A DNA stretch of 63,332 nucleotides, filler included, from Octopus bimaculoides (Eukaryota): NCBI RefSeq assembly GCF_001194135.2. It is 3 parts of 3 records of this genome, joined end to end, with 100 filler letters (N's around TTAATTAATTAA, not from the genome) between each part and the next. Parts side by side here need not be neighbours in the genome. Positions count along the whole stretch, not along the records: positions 42,376 to 63,332 come from NC_068986.1; 2 more parts are not named here. One strand, 5' to 3'. Positions 62,399 through 63,332 of the stretch are shown here, piece by piece. How positions within the stretch are numbered: position 1 is the first letter of the stretch; each line of letters begins with the position of its first letter. The notes under the pieces were generated by a model. That model was given only the letters and a program-made list of their open reading frames with translations, was not told the DNA's origin and ran no database searches. The position numbers were made by a program, and so were the translations under genes.

Positions 62399-63332
62399 CT
62401 TCGTCTATTCAACTCTTTCTCTTTCCCTCCTGGCCCTTCTAAGCTTCTCTTCACTCTAGACATTCAGAGCCTCTATACGGTGATCCCCCACGACGAGGGG
62501 CTGCGTGCCCTAAAGTATTTCCTCGACCAACGCCCCAACCCACAACCCGACACCTCCACACTCATTCGTCTGACCGAACTTGTCCTATCTCTTAACTGCT
62601 TCTCGTTCGCGGGGGATATCTACCAGCATTTCTCGGGAGTGGCCATGGGGACGAGAATGGGCCCCAACTACGCGAACCTGTTCGTTGGTTATGTTGAGGC
62701 CCAAATATTCTCCAGTTTCACTGGTCCTACTCCCGAACTATACGGTCGTTATATCGACGACTGTATCGGTGCCACCTCACTCTCCCGCGAACATCTTGAC
62801 TCGTTCCTCTCTTTCGTTCAATCCTTCCATCCTGCCCTCCACTTCTCCTGTACTATGTCTGACACCTCTGTCCCCTTTCTCGACACTTCGGTCAGCATCC
62901 TTCACTCCGCCCTTAGCACCTCCATCCACTACAAACACACAGACTCACACTCCTATCTCAACTTCTCCTCCTCCCACCCTAAACACACAAAACTTTCCAT
63001 CCCCTATTCCCAATTCCTCCGTCTACGCAGACTTTGTAGTGACAGCCATGACTTTGAGACTCAGTCTCAACTCATGGCTCGCCATGGATATCCACCTACC
63101 ACCATCCACACCGCTCTTGCCAGAGCACGTTCTGTGGACCGTGCATCTTCTCTCTCCCCCCGAACCCGCTCTGCCGTTTCCCGCCTCCCTTTTCCCCTCA
63201 CCTACCATCCCACCACCCAACTCCTCCAACGCTCCATTCTCCGAGCTTTCCGGCGCCTCCAGTCCGACCCCTCCACCTCCCACATCTTCCCTAATCGACC
63301 CCTTCCCTCCTTCAAACGAGCCCATAACCTAC
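62397..63332 (+). mobile_element. Penelope-like element (Neptune-type) reverse transcriptase; stop-free frame 62399-63331 running off the window
   Basis: LFTLDIQSLYTVIPH, LNCFSF, GVAMGTRMGPNYANLF, RYIDD (YIDD at 62750-62761), PFLD, YKHTDSHSYL..SSSHP..SIPYSQFLRLRRLCS, LTYHP. 311 codons without a stop; starts right after (TA)n. Confidence 0.93.

Overview
AT-rich, microsatellite-dense, heavily gapped metazoan genomic DNA. From recall, not a search, the SINE families and repeat landscape resemble octopus genomes. I find no host protein-coding gene, rRNA, true tRNA or CRISPR array that I can support. Most listed ORFs are microsatellite or N-gap artefacts. The window is a retroelement graveyard with: (i) four RTE-clade LINE pieces, the largest (about 38.2-42.2 kb) carrying a C4HC3 PHD finger inside its RT domain, split by a SINE with a 17-bp TSD; (ii) nine fragments of restriction-like-endonuclease (R4/Dong-like) non-LTR elements, one family sitting in (CATA)n tracts and another in (AAT)n; (iii) Penelope-like element (PLE) pieces: a Naiad-type remnant, a GIY-YIG fragment, a stop-free Neptune-type RT ORF of at least 311 codons that the ORF track missed, and a degenerate type I hammerhead ribozyme; (iv) about 20 copies of four SINE families; and (v) Tc1/mariner and CR1-like remnants. 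Two TTAATTAATTAA spacers flanked by 44 Ns are artificial scaffold joins. All family assignments come from manual translation and motif recognition.
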